From Candidatus Woesearchaeota archaeon (GTDB taxonomy: Archaea > Nanobdellota > Nanobdellia > Pacearchaeales > GW2011-AR1): a DNA stretch of 64,000 bases. The notes below the pieces were generated by a model, which was not told the DNA's origin, ran no database searches, and saw only the letters and a list, made by a program, of their open reading frames with translations. The translations under genes were made by a program, and so were the position numbers. Of this stretch, positions 39,913-49,388 are shown one piece after another (within the stretch, counting starts at the first letter, position 1; the number at the start of each line of letters is the position of its first letter). The stretch spans positions 513,050 to 577,049 of the forward strand of contig CAZNJU010000001.1 in the NCBI GenBank assembly GCA_964573625.1, in the 5' to 3' direction.

Positions 39913-40509
39913 CTATTCAGATGTTTCTTCATCTCTTGATATGTGACCCGCAACTTGCTCTAATTCAGGCATAGACTGCAGTATCACATCGTAGAGTCTT
40001 TGAGAAGTACTGGACATACGTACATAATCCTCATATTCAGGTTCTTCTTTAAATGGTTTACCTCTAAGAAGGATTCCATCTTTATAATTGGCTCGAGCTT
40101 TATCAAATAGGTACAAATCTAATTTTTTACTGAAATCCTCGAGATGTGCAGTTTCTAGTCCTAACTCTCTCTCCAGTCCAACACGAGTTCGAGCAAGAGC
40201 CTCCCGTTTTAAAAGTATTTCCGGACTCATTCCTAACAAGTTCGACCACTCCTCTACTGAAGCTTTAGCTGCAGAATCAAAGATTTCACTTCGCTCTACA
40301 TATATTTCTCTATAGCGTTCTCTAAGTGGAACGTGTTGCTGTAAGAGCGCTCTTACAGAACGTTCTATTTCCCGCACATCTTTCCCGAAGGGAGCAAGAT
40401 GCTTCAAGCCATCACTTACAAAGTTATCTCGATTATATCGTAAACCGTATTCTAAGTCAGCAAAACTTTCAAGTTGATCTTCCGTTATCCCGTAGAAGTT
40501 ATAATCCAT
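39913..40509 (-). CDS. hypothetical protein
   Basis: 198-aa hydrophilic ORF ending 35 bp from the tRNA-like fragment. Confidence 0.4.
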   Translation of the reverse strand: MDYNFYGITEDQLESFADLEYGLRYNRDNFVSDGLKHLAPFGKDVREIERSVRALLQQHVPLRERYREIYVERSEIFDSAAKASVEEWSNLLGMSPEILLKREALARTRVGLERELGLETAHLEDFSKKLDLYLFDKARANYKDGILLRGKPFKEEPEYEDYVRMSSTSQRLYDVILQSMPELEQVAGHISRDEETSE

Positions 40510-40543
40510 AGAAAATCAATAAATTAGTCCTATAAAAAGTTAG

Positions 40544-40590
40544 TGGCCCTGAAGAGAATCGAACTCCTGACTCCTCGGTGTAAACGAGTA
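40544..40590 (-). other. tRNA 3'-half-like fragment (putative integration att core)
   Basis: Reverse complement ...CGTTTACACCGAGGAGTCAGGAGTTCGATTCTCTTCAGGGCCA has a T-stem AGGAG/CTCTT, a T-loop TTCGATT and a 3' acceptor strand CAGGGCC plus discriminator A. No complementary 5' acceptor strand (GGCCCTG) lies within 120 bp. Confidence 0.4.
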
Positions 40591-40645
40591 TAATAAAAAG
40601 CTTACTACTCGTTAAATATATAAACTAGACTCTCGTCGATAAGGA

Positions 40646-41887
40646 ATGTATCAAGAAAGATATGAAAGAAAGAAGAAACTTCTGCTAGTAGATAAAAAAA
40701 TCAATGAGAAAAATCGTAGAATAATGGGACGATTTCTTGAACATCAAGAATACAGGCTGAAAAGAAGGAACGGATTACCGCAAGTAGATGAAAGAAGCTA
40801 CAAAACACTTGATTATTTCTTAGGACGACTACGAAATCTTAATACGTGGTTCAAAAATAAAGAGTGGTCCTCTCTAAAGAAGGCAGATATCAAACAAGTA
40901 ATTGATGATTTAGAAGATGGAGTTATCAAAACAGCTAAAGGTGAGCGGTTCAAAGACCGCAGTTTGTATTATCAGATGATGCAAGGCAAGCTATTCGCTT
41001 TGATAGGCAAAGATAAAGATGCGCGAGACTTCATCAAAGAACATGAAATTATTGGCCGTAAGAATGATAATCAAGTCCGATTTATCTCTGAAGAAGATTT
41101 CAGGAAAATTGTTGATTGTGCTATAACTCCTGAACAGCGTTGTCTTTTGTGGCTTGCTTTTGATATAGGGGAAAATATCGGTTCTTTGCTCGAACTTGAA
41201 AAGCATGACTTTAAACGACAGACCAATGAAAATACCCGAGAACCGGAGTACCTGGTAATCTTGAGCAAAGATAAGCTAAAAAGAAGTAGGACTCCAAGAA
41301 GCGAGACAACCAACTATACAGAAACCGTGCGGTATCTTGATATCGTCTTAGGAAATCTGAAACCTTCTGAAAAAGTAATTTCTAATCGATTTATGAAAAA
41401 TAAGAACTTAAGTGAACTTCACAATTCAGATAAGCTCTTTAAATTTAGTGAAACTGCTGCCACGCTCTTTCAAAGGAGAGCTGTTGAACGATCTGGAGTC
41501 CGATGCCAGCCAGAAGGTCAGAAAGTCACGTGGAAAGACCTACGTAGCTCTATGAGTTGTGACTTACTTAAGAAAGGGTGGACACGTGACGAAGTAAATG
41601 CTAGACTAGGCCATAAACCAAGTTCTCGTATTATTGATCGTTATATCAATTTTTTAGCTTTAGATCGTAATAGACCTAAGCAAAAGGTGCATGAAAGCAA
41701 CCTTCGTAAACTTGAAAGCGAGCTTGAAAACACTAAAGACTTAAGTAAATTACAAGCTCTTCGTATCGCCAAACAACAAGAAGAGCTAGATCATCTTAGA
41801 ATACTCTACGATAAGAAGTTAGAGGACATTGCGGAAGAGTTGAGCGCTATAAGCAAGAGTGCACAAAAGGTAGCAGTCAAGAATTAG
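40646..41887 (+). CDS. int: tyrosine-type site-specific integrase
   Basis: 413 aa with the C-terminal catalytic signature RLGHKPSSRIIDRYINF (H-x-x-R ... Y) and an N-terminal SAM-like region. Confidence 0.7.
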   Translation: MYQERYERKKKLLLVDKKINEKNRRIMGRFLEHQEYRLKRRNGLPQVDERSYKTLDYFLGRLRNLNTWFKNKEWSSLKKADIKQVIDDLEDGVIKTAKGERFKDRSLYYQMMQGKLFALIGKDKDARDFIKEHEIIGRKNDNQVRFISEEDFRKIVDCAITPEQRCLLWLAFDIGENIGSLLELEKHDFKRQTNENTREPEYLVILSKDKLKRSRTPRSETTNYTETVRYLDIVLGNLKPSEKVISNRFMKNKNLSELHNSDKLFKFSETAATLFQRRAVERSGVRCQPEGQKVTWKDLRSSMSCDLLKKGWTRDEVNARLGHKPSSRIIDRYINFLALDRNRPKQKVHESNLRKLESELENTKDLSKLQALRIAKQQEELDHLRILYDKKLEDIAEELSAISKSAQKVAVKN

Positions 41888-41966
41888 ACAATTTTGAGGC
41901 TATTTAGTCTGCTCTCTTATCTCCTATACAATTTAAGCAATTTCTATTCAGCAGTACATATACCCC

Positions 41967-42161
41967 TCAATCCCAATCAATAACTTTTTCGTCTTTAATT
42001 TCTCTTATGGATCGTATTATGTCTGATTCTGGAATATCGTCTTCCCCATCTACAATAGCAATAGTACAACCATTCAAATAATCTCCAGTAAATATTTTAT
42101 TGATTAACTTTTTTCCGTATTTATGTTCCAATTCTTTCCTTTTCATATCAACTCTCCACAA
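41967..42161 (-). CDS. small hypothetical protein
   Basis: 64-aa ORF coupled to the HEPN gene (14-bp overlap). Confidence 0.3.
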   Translation of the reverse strand: MWRVDMKRKELEHKYGKKLINKIFTGDYLNGCTIAIVDGEDDIPESDIIRSIREIKDEKVIDWD

Positions 42162-42654
42162 TAACCTTTGTTTCAGAAATTACTTTCTGCGCAAGTTTCA
42201 CTAATTGAGTATAGAGATTGTCATTAAGGGATAAGCTTGTTCCATACTGATACTTTTCGCGTATCTTAACGCTTGTTTCAGAATCATCCGTGATGCCTAA
42301 CGCTGCAATTTTATCAAGTGTATCTTGTGTGAGGTTAATTTTCTTTTCCTCAATAAGAGAGGCAATCAAGGCAAACGTGCATTCTTGATTATGTGATTCA
42401 TAGCCAAACTTGGAAGCAATGGCCAGTAAGCTATGATACATGGCATAAAAAACCGTACTTGCGCTAATATCTGAGAAATTTCCATCTTTCAAATACATAG
42501 TAGCTTTCAAAAAATGCTCTGCCTTTTTCACATGTTCGGTAGATTGCTCTTTATTTGGCTTTATCTTGCGCAGACCTCTATGCATGCTTCCTTCTTTGAG
42601 CTCTTTCTCAGCTTTCCTCAAACACCAATCTAATTTGTTTTTTGCGTGACTCAT
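42148..42654 (-). CDS. HEPN-domain protein (toxin-like)
   Basis: 168 aa, helical, with HEPN-like conserved positions. It overlaps the upstream NTase gene by ATGA. Confidence 0.6.
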   Translation of the reverse strand: MSHAKNKLDWCLRKAEKELKEGSMHRGLRKIKPNKEQSTEHVKKAEHFLKATMYLKDGNFSDISASTVFYAMYHSLLAIASKFGYESHNQECTFALIASLIEEKKINLTQDTLDKIAALGITDDSETSVKIREKYQYGTSLSLNDNLYTQLVKLAQKVISETKVIVES

Positions 42655-43232
42655 GTTAGTACCTCAATTAGCGTATCGTGTCCCGATACAACCAAGCCTT
42701 TGATCGCATTGAGTACAACCTTATCAGGTTTAGCGACGTTCTTCTTTAAATCTTCTTTGGTTTGATAGACCGGATGAATTTTTTTATCGTTTATGGAGTT
42801 AATCTCTTCAATTCCTTTCTTAATCGCATTAAAATTCTTATCATTAGAAACAATGAGGGCATCAATATCGCCTGCCTCTTCATGTTTTTTTAAAACTGAC
42901 CCAAAGAGAATAACCAGTTCAGCATGTTTGATTTTTTTCAATTCGGTGATCCAACGTTTCAGGTACGGATGCGCACTTTCTGCTTCCTTGGCAAGAACAA
43001 ATCGCACATAATTGCGCACATAGTCATTTGAGAGATTAAGCTTGAAAATATGGGCGTTCCCGATCTCTTCAACGCTAAGGATATCTTCTTTCTGAAGCTT
43101 TTGTGCTATTTTCCATGCTCCCATGGGGCTTATATCTAGAAACTTGGCAATCGTGTTCGCATTGTAGTGGACTTCGGGACTTTTCAGTATCGTTGCAATC
43201 ATTCGCATCTCATTATCCGTTACGTTTCTCAT
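42651..43232 (-). CDS. winged-helix + minimal nucleotidyltransferase (MNT, antitoxin-like)
   Basis: The track ORF is 42651..43352. The likely start is the Met at 43232 (MRNVTDNEMRMI...). An N-terminal wHTH (ANTIAKFLDISPMGAWKIAQKL) is followed by the NTase motif LVILFGSVLKKHEEAGDIDALIV. Confidence 0.6.
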   Translation of the reverse strand: MRNVTDNEMRMIATILKSPEVHYNANTIAKFLDISPMGAWKIAQKLQKEDILSVEEIGNAHIFKLNLSNDYVRNYVRFVLAKEAESAHPYLKRWITELKKIKHAELVILFGSVLKKHEEAGDIDALIVSNDKNFNAIKKGIEEINSINDKKIHPVYQTKEDLKKNVAKPDKVVLNAIKGLVVSGHDTLIEVLT

Positions 43233-43360
43233 ATAAACTCCTAGTATATAGTTATAAACTAGCGATATATAAGCTTTATGGTTTACTTGAGTATTCATCT
43301 TTGTATTTATGATTAGAAAAGAATAAATAGACAGGATGAGTAAGAAACGCATAGCGTTTC

Positions 43361-43678
43361 TTAGTTGTTAGGTTCTTTGTTTTCTTTCCCAATCATAAAT
43401 ATCATGGGAATCATTCCCGAATCTTTCTCCATCTGCTCAACTTCTTTCTTCAGATCCTTATGAGAGGTATAGACTTTCATACAATACACAAAACTACCTT
43501 GTTTATCTTTAAGATAAGGGAATTTCTTAAGAATATCTTTCTTTAAGCGCAAGGTCGTCCACGCTTGATCTCCTTCGCTATAAGATAATTTGCCTTTGAC
43601 CTCTAAATTTTCATGCAGCGGGCTAAGGAACATCACCTCCGACTCTTCTTTATGGAGCGGATGCTTATTTGTAGCCAT
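43361..43678 (-). CDS. hypothetical protein
   Basis: 105-aa ORF. Confidence 0.4.
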   Translation of the reverse strand: MATNKHPLHKEESEVMFLSPLHENLEVKGKLSYSEGDQAWTTLRLKKDILKKFPYLKDKQGSFVYCMKVYTSHKDLKKEVEQMEKDSGMIPMIFMIGKENKEPNN

Positions 43679-43775
43679 CTACCTAATTTCTAGTTAGATG
43701 ATTCTATATAAAGGTTTCGCTTGGATTCGCTCTAGCAACCAAGATTGCCTAACGAAACCTTTTAATACCTTAGAG

Positions 43776-43979
43776 ATGATAACTCCCGTTATGGGAAGAC
43801 GTTATAAGCACACTATCACGGTTCGAGTACCTGATTCAGTCTATGAAGCAGTCATGAAACGTGTTAAGCATAAGCGACTCAAGTATCCTTCTTATAGCGA
43901 CGCCGAAGTCATCCGCAAGGCTTTAGTCAAGCATCTTAAGGAAAAGGGATTGTTGGATAAAGATAAGACTTATCTCTAG
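43776..43979 (+). CDS. ribbon-helix-helix (CopG-like) DNA-binding protein
   Basis: The track ORF is 43698..43979. The internal Met at 43776 begins MITPVMGRRYKHTITVRVPDSVYEAVMK...SDAEVIRKAL, i.e. a beta-strand followed by two helices in an RHH pattern. Confidence 0.45.
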   Translation: MITPVMGRRYKHTITVRVPDSVYEAVMKRVKHKRLKYPSYSDAEVIRKALVKHLKEKGLLDKDKTYL

Positions 43980-44041
43980 ATGGAAATGGTCTGTAGAGCA
44001 TTAACAACAACTTATTTATACAGACATTTTCCTTTAAAACC

Positions 44042-45016
44042 ATGTCTCCAGGGCTCAAGTGTAAAGTTCAAGCCTATAATATTAATGTGCGAGTAAAGCG
44101 CCACCGAGATCTAGAAGGTGCGGATGTTTTATATCATGTCCTAAAAGAAATTAATGGATTCACCTACACTTCAACCGACTCTAGGCAGAATATACGAAGA
44201 AAGATAGGTGAGTTTGATTATGCGATGGAGTTTATAAATTTCCCAGATAAGGAAGATAATTTGACTAGAATAGACTTTAAATTTGGAAGGGAAACAAGAG
44301 AGTCATTTAGCTTAAAAGACAAAAATGGGCAAGCGTCGGTTTTAAAGCTTCCAGATGACTCAAATATTTGTTTTGATACGCATGGCTCGTTTATCTTGAG
44401 AAGATTAAAAAATCATTGGTGTTGTGTTTTATTACTCGAAAAACGCCATCATACAACGACTGGTTTGGCGAAGGTTATTGAATACATCGAGAAGGTTAAG
44501 GAAAAATATAGCCTTGAAGCTGACGCAATAGCACAGGAAGCAGATGTTATTAGAAAGATAAAGAGTACTAAAGATGTAAATGCTGCCATAATAAAAAATC
44601 AAAAACTTGATTTAGAAAAAGAGGATGGAAGCGGCACGATACTTGTAAAAAATCGAGAACGAAAGAAATATGAGGCAACTAGTGTGCGTATAAGACTTTC
44701 TGAAGGCAATAGCACTTGGGAAAGATTTGTTAATTTCGCGAAGGATTATCTAAGCATTAAAAGAGAACCTACAAATCAGGAGATACGTGCACTAATTGAT
44801 GACACAGAATTGGTACTTTTAAAAAAGACCATGGCGGATTCTGGAGAGTCTAATAAAATAGATTTATTTAAGGATTTGGTGCTCTTTAAGATGGATGTGC
44901 AACAGCGTCATTCTAGAGAATTAGATTCGGACGACTTTTTTAATAAGTTGTTCACTTTAGTAGATACCAAGACGCTAGATTCCATCTTTGATCTTTCAAG
45001 AAAGCTCTATGATTAA
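44042..45016 (+). CDS. hypothetical protein (island cargo)
   Basis: 324-aa ORF with no recognisable domain. Confidence 0.45.
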   Translation: MSPGLKCKVQAYNINVRVKRHRDLEGADVLYHVLKEINGFTYTSTDSRQNIRRKIGEFDYAMEFINFPDKEDNLTRIDFKFGRETRESFSLKDKNGQASVLKLPDDSNICFDTHGSFILRRLKNHWCCVLLLEKRHHTTTGLAKVIEYIEKVKEKYSLEADAIAQEADVIRKIKSTKDVNAAIIKNQKLDLEKEDGSGTILVKNRERKKYEATSVRIRLSEGNSTWERFVNFAKDYLSIKREPTNQEIRALIDDTELVLLKKTMADSGESNKIDLFKDLVLFKMDVQQRHSRELDSDDFFNKLFTLVDTKTLDSIFDLSRKLYD

Positions 45017-45454
45017 AAATAGATAAAATATACATTTAAAGATTCTGAGCATAGTGAATAGAATTAAAGCGAATAAAAACCAATATATCCAGACATGAGT
45101 TCCATTCGCAAGTGTGAAGATTAAGAGGCTTACAGTTAGAAGGAGGGTTATAAATGCCGTAGAAATTAAAGCATATAACATGTTTTTGTATTCTTTATGT
45201 TTTCTTAGTCTTGTTAATTCTTCTGAGTGCTCAGGATTGTATAGGAAAAGAAGTGAGAACGTTGTTAAGAGAAAACCTATCAAAATTCCTAAGAAACTTA
45301 TTGTTGATTCGTTTATATTGGCGAGAAGAGTTCCTACAAACCCGAATGAATTTCCAAATAAGACAAGGATCACAACAACGGCTATAGAAAAGATTAAATC
45401 AGCCAAATAAGTGGCATCCCCGTATTTTTTAATGAACCAATTAATTAAACTCAT
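44996..45454 (-). CDS. integral membrane protein
   Basis: 152 aa with four TM helices. Confidence 0.45.
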   Translation of the reverse strand: MSLINWFIKKYGDATYLADLIFSIAVVVILVLFGNSFGFVGTLLANINESTISFLGILIGFLLTTFSLLFLYNPEHSEELTRLRKHKEYKNMLYALISTAFITLLLTVSLLIFTLANGTHVWIYWFLFALILFTMLRIFKCIFYLFLIIELS

Positions 45455-45512
45455 ATTTTATTGAAATGTGCTTCCTATATATTAATTGTTATTCTACGAG
45501 ATATTTTGTTAA

Positions 45513-47081
45513 TTAGACCCAAATATACCTCTTCTGTATGTCCATAATAATCTGACCATTTGTATGCATCCAGTCAACGAGATGTTGCAGGTCGTAAAGG
45601 TCGGAGAAAAGCCCCGATCCGCTGACTGCCTCATAAATTTCTCTTAACGTCGGATTTTTAAGATTTCTTATGGCTTCTTGGACTACTGCAAATCGAGCAT
45701 CTGATTTAGTCCTCTTAAGTCTTGTCCAGGTTTCTTCGAACCTGTTATTTTCGATGAGCCCCGTAAAGTTATCTAAGATAATACCTCGTGCGCCTTCAAG
45801 ATCACTTTTGTCAACTCCTATCTTATTTGTTGCTCGCGCTAATGACTGCGCAAGTCGCTTTAAATTTTCTTGAGTTCGTGAAAGCATCCATCCAACCGTA
45901 GACTTTCGCTCATCTTCGTTTTTTATTAAGTCAGATAACACTACGTCGAAATCTTGGGCAATTTTCTGCGTAGTTCCTATATAATCTGTATTGCTTTCCG
46001 CAACGCTTGGATTTAACTGATGGGCATGCACGATTTGAATCCATAAGTCCTCATTCATGTCTTGTTTTACTCTTGCAAGATCAAGATCGTGTTGTTTTAG
46101 AGAGTCAATATTTTCTGGAAGAGTAACTTCTGTTGCCGTAAAGTTTTGAGCTAACTCTTTTAATATCTCTCGCGGTGTGCGGAGGGGAGTACTTAACGTT
46201 GAAAAGATAGAATATTCTCCTCCGAATCTCTTTCTATTTTCTAACTCATGAGCAAGGTAGCTATAAGCTGAATCATAAAAACTATTGAAATAGGTGTTCT
46301 GATTTTGAGGGCGTTCGGCTAACTGGAACTTTATTCCATCAAGGTAAGAGAAACTTGACCCAACAAAAGCTCTTTCAGGCGGAGTTATTGCTCGGTATTC
46401 AGGGGGAGCCATTAACTGTAGAGTCCTTACAAATTCTTGTGCAAAAAGGGTGTTATTTGCAAAAGAAGAGACTGAAATGCCTCCGACTGATCTCTGAACA
46501 TAGGGTGCACTGATTAAAGGACTTTGTAGGGAAAGAGCAAGAGATTTATCAATAGAAAAATAACGACTTAATATTTTCTGAGCAACGTTCTTCTCATAGT
46601 CTACATCAACGTATAGGAAGTCTGACTTCATTTCTTCCCAATCTTCAATGACGAGTGCTTTTACCACCATATTTTGACGCTCATTGGTGACGGTTATCTT
46701 TTTTGATTTTAGAATTCTGATTAAAGAGTACTCTTTTGGTTGTTTTTTCATATCATAAGAGAAGAGGCCTAAAACCAATGTAGAAGGGGCGTTTTGAATT
46801 GCTGAAAGACCAAAATAGTTATAATTTCCATAAATAGCAATCGCGCTTTGCCACTGTGGAGACAATTCAGATGGCAAGACATAGAGTTCTATTTCATTAA
46901 CAGATCCACCATCTCTAGCTTTAGAAAAAGTATCATGATACCAGGTTTCTACTTTCTTCATGTGCTTCTTCTCGTGTTTCAAAAAATCAATATTAACGTG
47001 CTCTCTTTGCCAGGGAAGAATTTTTCTTGTTTTTCTCCATGGATAGTACTCAGTCAGAGAAAGGTTAGGAAGTTTAGGCAT
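45513..47081 (-). CDS. large hypothetical protein (island cargo)
   Basis: 522-aa ORF with no recognisable domain. Confidence 0.5.
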   Translation of the reverse strand: MPKLPNLSLTEYYPWRKTRKILPWQREHVNIDFLKHEKKHMKKVETWYHDTFSKARDGGSVNEIELYVLPSELSPQWQSAIAIYGNYNYFGLSAIQNAPSTLVLGLFSYDMKKQPKEYSLIRILKSKKITVTNERQNMVVKALVIEDWEEMKSDFLYVDVDYEKNVAQKILSRYFSIDKSLALSLQSPLISAPYVQRSVGGISVSSFANNTLFAQEFVRTLQLMAPPEYRAITPPERAFVGSSFSYLDGIKFQLAERPQNQNTYFNSFYDSAYSYLAHELENRKRFGGEYSIFSTLSTPLRTPREILKELAQNFTATEVTLPENIDSLKQHDLDLARVKQDMNEDLWIQIVHAHQLNPSVAESNTDYIGTTQKIAQDFDVVLSDLIKNEDERKSTVGWMLSRTQENLKRLAQSLARATNKIGVDKSDLEGARGIILDNFTGLIENNRFEETWTRLKRTKSDARFAVVQEAIRNLKNPTLREIYEAVSGSGLFSDLYDLQHLVDWMHTNGQIIMDIQKRYIWV

Positions 47082-47155
47082 AAAACAAGGGAAGAGAGAT
47101 ACTTAATAAGAATTGTTATACTCTTTATTAGGCTGTACCGATAACTTTTCTAAAA

Positions 47156-47503
47156 TTATCGTTGAGATGCTCCCCAACTAAATATGAATAGCCCTGGTAT
47201 CCCTGCTGTGAAGCCGAAATTTTTCTTAAACTTATCCTTATTTTCTATAACATCTATTCCATCAGGGTTTATGTCTCTTATTAGAATGAAAGCTGTTTTT
47301 GTTGTACCCATTTGACCACTTACTTGTCCGTTTAATAGATTTTTACGAATTAGATACTCTAATGCAAAATGCACTCTGTCTCTTTGCCAGCCAGTTATTC
47401 TTTCTATGTCTTCAGTATGCAACTGTTCTTTTCCCTCGATTTTATTTTGATATATCCAAGCGAGAAGTTCGCCTGCATCTTTTTGTATTACCACAAAAAT
47501 CAA
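47156..47503 (-). CDS. hypothetical protein (possible winged-helix)
   Basis: 115-aa ORF. RDRVHFALEYLIRKNLL is recognition-helix-like. Confidence 0.35.
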   Translation of the reverse strand: MIFVVIQKDAGELLAWIYQNKIEGKEQLHTEDIERITGWQRDRVHFALEYLIRKNLLNGQVSGQMGTTKTAFILIRDINPDGIDVIENKDKFKKNFGFTAGIPGLFIFSWGASQR

Positions 47504-48303
47504 CTCAGAATTATATATTTAAGTCTTACTCAGCTAGCAGCTTTTCGGGCTAAACCGGTTAACAGAGGTCTTGAACGCATATTTGCTGATAGCCTTCCCG
47601 ATTGGTATTCAGATGCCCAAGATTCAGCGTACGTCCTACGTTGATCAGGAGTTAAGTCTTTAGGCATTGTATCATAAGCAGTTCTTAGAAAGGACTCAAC
47701 AGCTCTATCTTTTACGTCTATCCTCCCTACTTGTGCTTTAATGACAGAACAAAACCCTCGATAATCCATTTTGAATAGAACAAATTAGATAATTTAAGTC
47801 TTGTGGCTATGTCAAAAAATTTATTAACTGCAACTTCTCCACATTCTGATGTCTTCCGTAACTCTAGATGAAAATGCATTAGAGTCGCTCGTAAAATTAG
47901 TAACTGTAAAAAATCGTTTAGCTTCAGCACTAGTTTCGGCTCCGCACTCAATGGGAAATCGAATTGCTGAGGCTCGAGAAACTTATTCTGCAGGAATTGA
48001 GCAAAGTCTCGCACCTTACCGTAGTATCTCCGTTATCGATCAAGTAATACGAGAATATGAATCATTAGCAAATATGTCTGATAAAGCAATAATATCTACT
48101 TTCGGAGAGATATGCCTCACGGATTCAAATCACTAGATTTCTATCTCACGGGCATTGTTTTTTTTTGATCTTTAGTTAAACGTTAAGTATTTCAACCTTA
48201 AGCGATAGAATTATACATGGTAGAAGAAAGACAATCGTTAGAGTTGAAACTTTAACCAAATAATCACCACAAGATATATTAACAACTCCTGCTATGAATT
48301 GAC

Positions 48304-48618
48304 ATGAAACTCGGCGTAATTTGGGGTGTAGCAATTATTGTGTTGCTTCTAGCAGGTGTTTTTCTTATCTTGCGTCTGCCTCATGGACAAAATTTCATAC
48401 TATCGCAATCTCCTACTGATAACTCTGTCGCCAGTGATACGCGCGGCGCAGGATGGTGTCCATCCCGTCTACCTGTATGTTGTAAGTGTGTAGTATCTGG
48501 TGCGGAAGGATTCGGATGCTATAAAGCGGGAACCGTGTGCAGCAATCTTGTAGGACATGGTGTGTGTGAATCTTTCTCAGGCAACAATGGTGCGTGTATT
48601 CGAACATCCTCACAATAA
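48304..48618 (+). CDS. secreted cysteine-rich small protein (class III signal-like N-terminus)
   Basis: 104 aa with an N-terminus MKLGVIWGVAIIVLLLAGVFLIL, followed by a domain with 8 Cys and many Gly. Confidence 0.45.
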   Translation: MKLGVIWGVAIIVLLLAGVFLILRLPHGQNFILSQSPTDNSVASDTRGAGWCPSRLPVCCKCVVSGAEGFGCYKAGTVCSNLVGHGVCESFSGNNGACIRTSSQ

Positions 48619-48918
48619 ATAAGTTAGTCGTATAATATTTAAGCGCGCAAGCACTTCTGGGCATATACTTAAATTTTAGTGTTGGATGTTGCGGTGTCGA
48701 TAATTCTTACTTCTTTTTTATTATTCTCAGGTTGATGAGTCTGAACTCCCTTAGTGACGACGAAACGGGTAAGGGTGCCATCGTTTCTGCCTTATCCATT
48801 CGGCTCTGATTTTCTCTCGGAGCAAATAAAGCCGACAATCCATTTATGTCAGATAAAATTGGCAAAGTTAACGTTGCCCCCAATATTGCTGCAGGTACAG
48901 AGTATTGTCTTAGTTTAT

Positions 48919-49296
48919 TTATCGGTTTATTTTTAGAGACGCTAGATATTGTTTATAAAGATTATATCTCTCCGAAATTATTCCCTGGCTATAAGCTTTT
49001 TCTAATTTTTCAGAGGCTTTTATAACACTTCTTGCACTATGCGGATTAAACGAATAAAGTTCTTCATCATTATCTGCAATAATTACAAGGCGTTGCAAAC
49101 CCAAAAACTTCTTTATTTTATCTAGGGAGGTCTCTGAAACCATCTCAGCTGCACGTCTGCCATAAAACTCTAAATCAAGGTTTCTCGCTATTCCTCTTAA
49201 TTCAGCAGCTTCTCTATCATTTATTTGTCCACTAGCGCGACCTTCTTCGATAAGTTCAAGTCCTCCACCAATTTCATCTAATTTCGGTTTTGTCAT
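48919..49296 (-). CDS. hypothetical protein
   Basis: 125-aa ORF. Confidence 0.4.
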   Translation of the reverse strand: MTKPKLDEIGGGLELIEEGRASGQINDREAAELRGIARNLDLEFYGRRAAEMVSETSLDKIKKFLGLQRLVIIADNDEELYSFNPHSARSVIKASEKLEKAYSQGIISERYNLYKQYLASLKINR

Positions 49297-49388
49297 ATTT
49301 TTTATAGAAGCGACATGTATTTAAACCTTACTATATGTTACCACTTAACAGATACATATATTTATAAAAGGTAGGAAAAGATGATTTT

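Noticed and set aside
40544-40660. Possible complete tRNA gene at the integrase junction
   Set aside because: The 3' acceptor strand CAGGGCC has no complementary GGCCCTG within 120 bp on the same strand, and no D-arm is present. It was called a 3' fragment or att core; a split-tRNA half is an alternative.
47530-48136. Three mutually overlapping small ORFs (79 and 95 aa on the minus strand, 95 aa on the plus strand)
   Set aside because: Which, if any, is real cannot be resolved. No motifs were seen, and the region may be intergenic or regulatory within the island.
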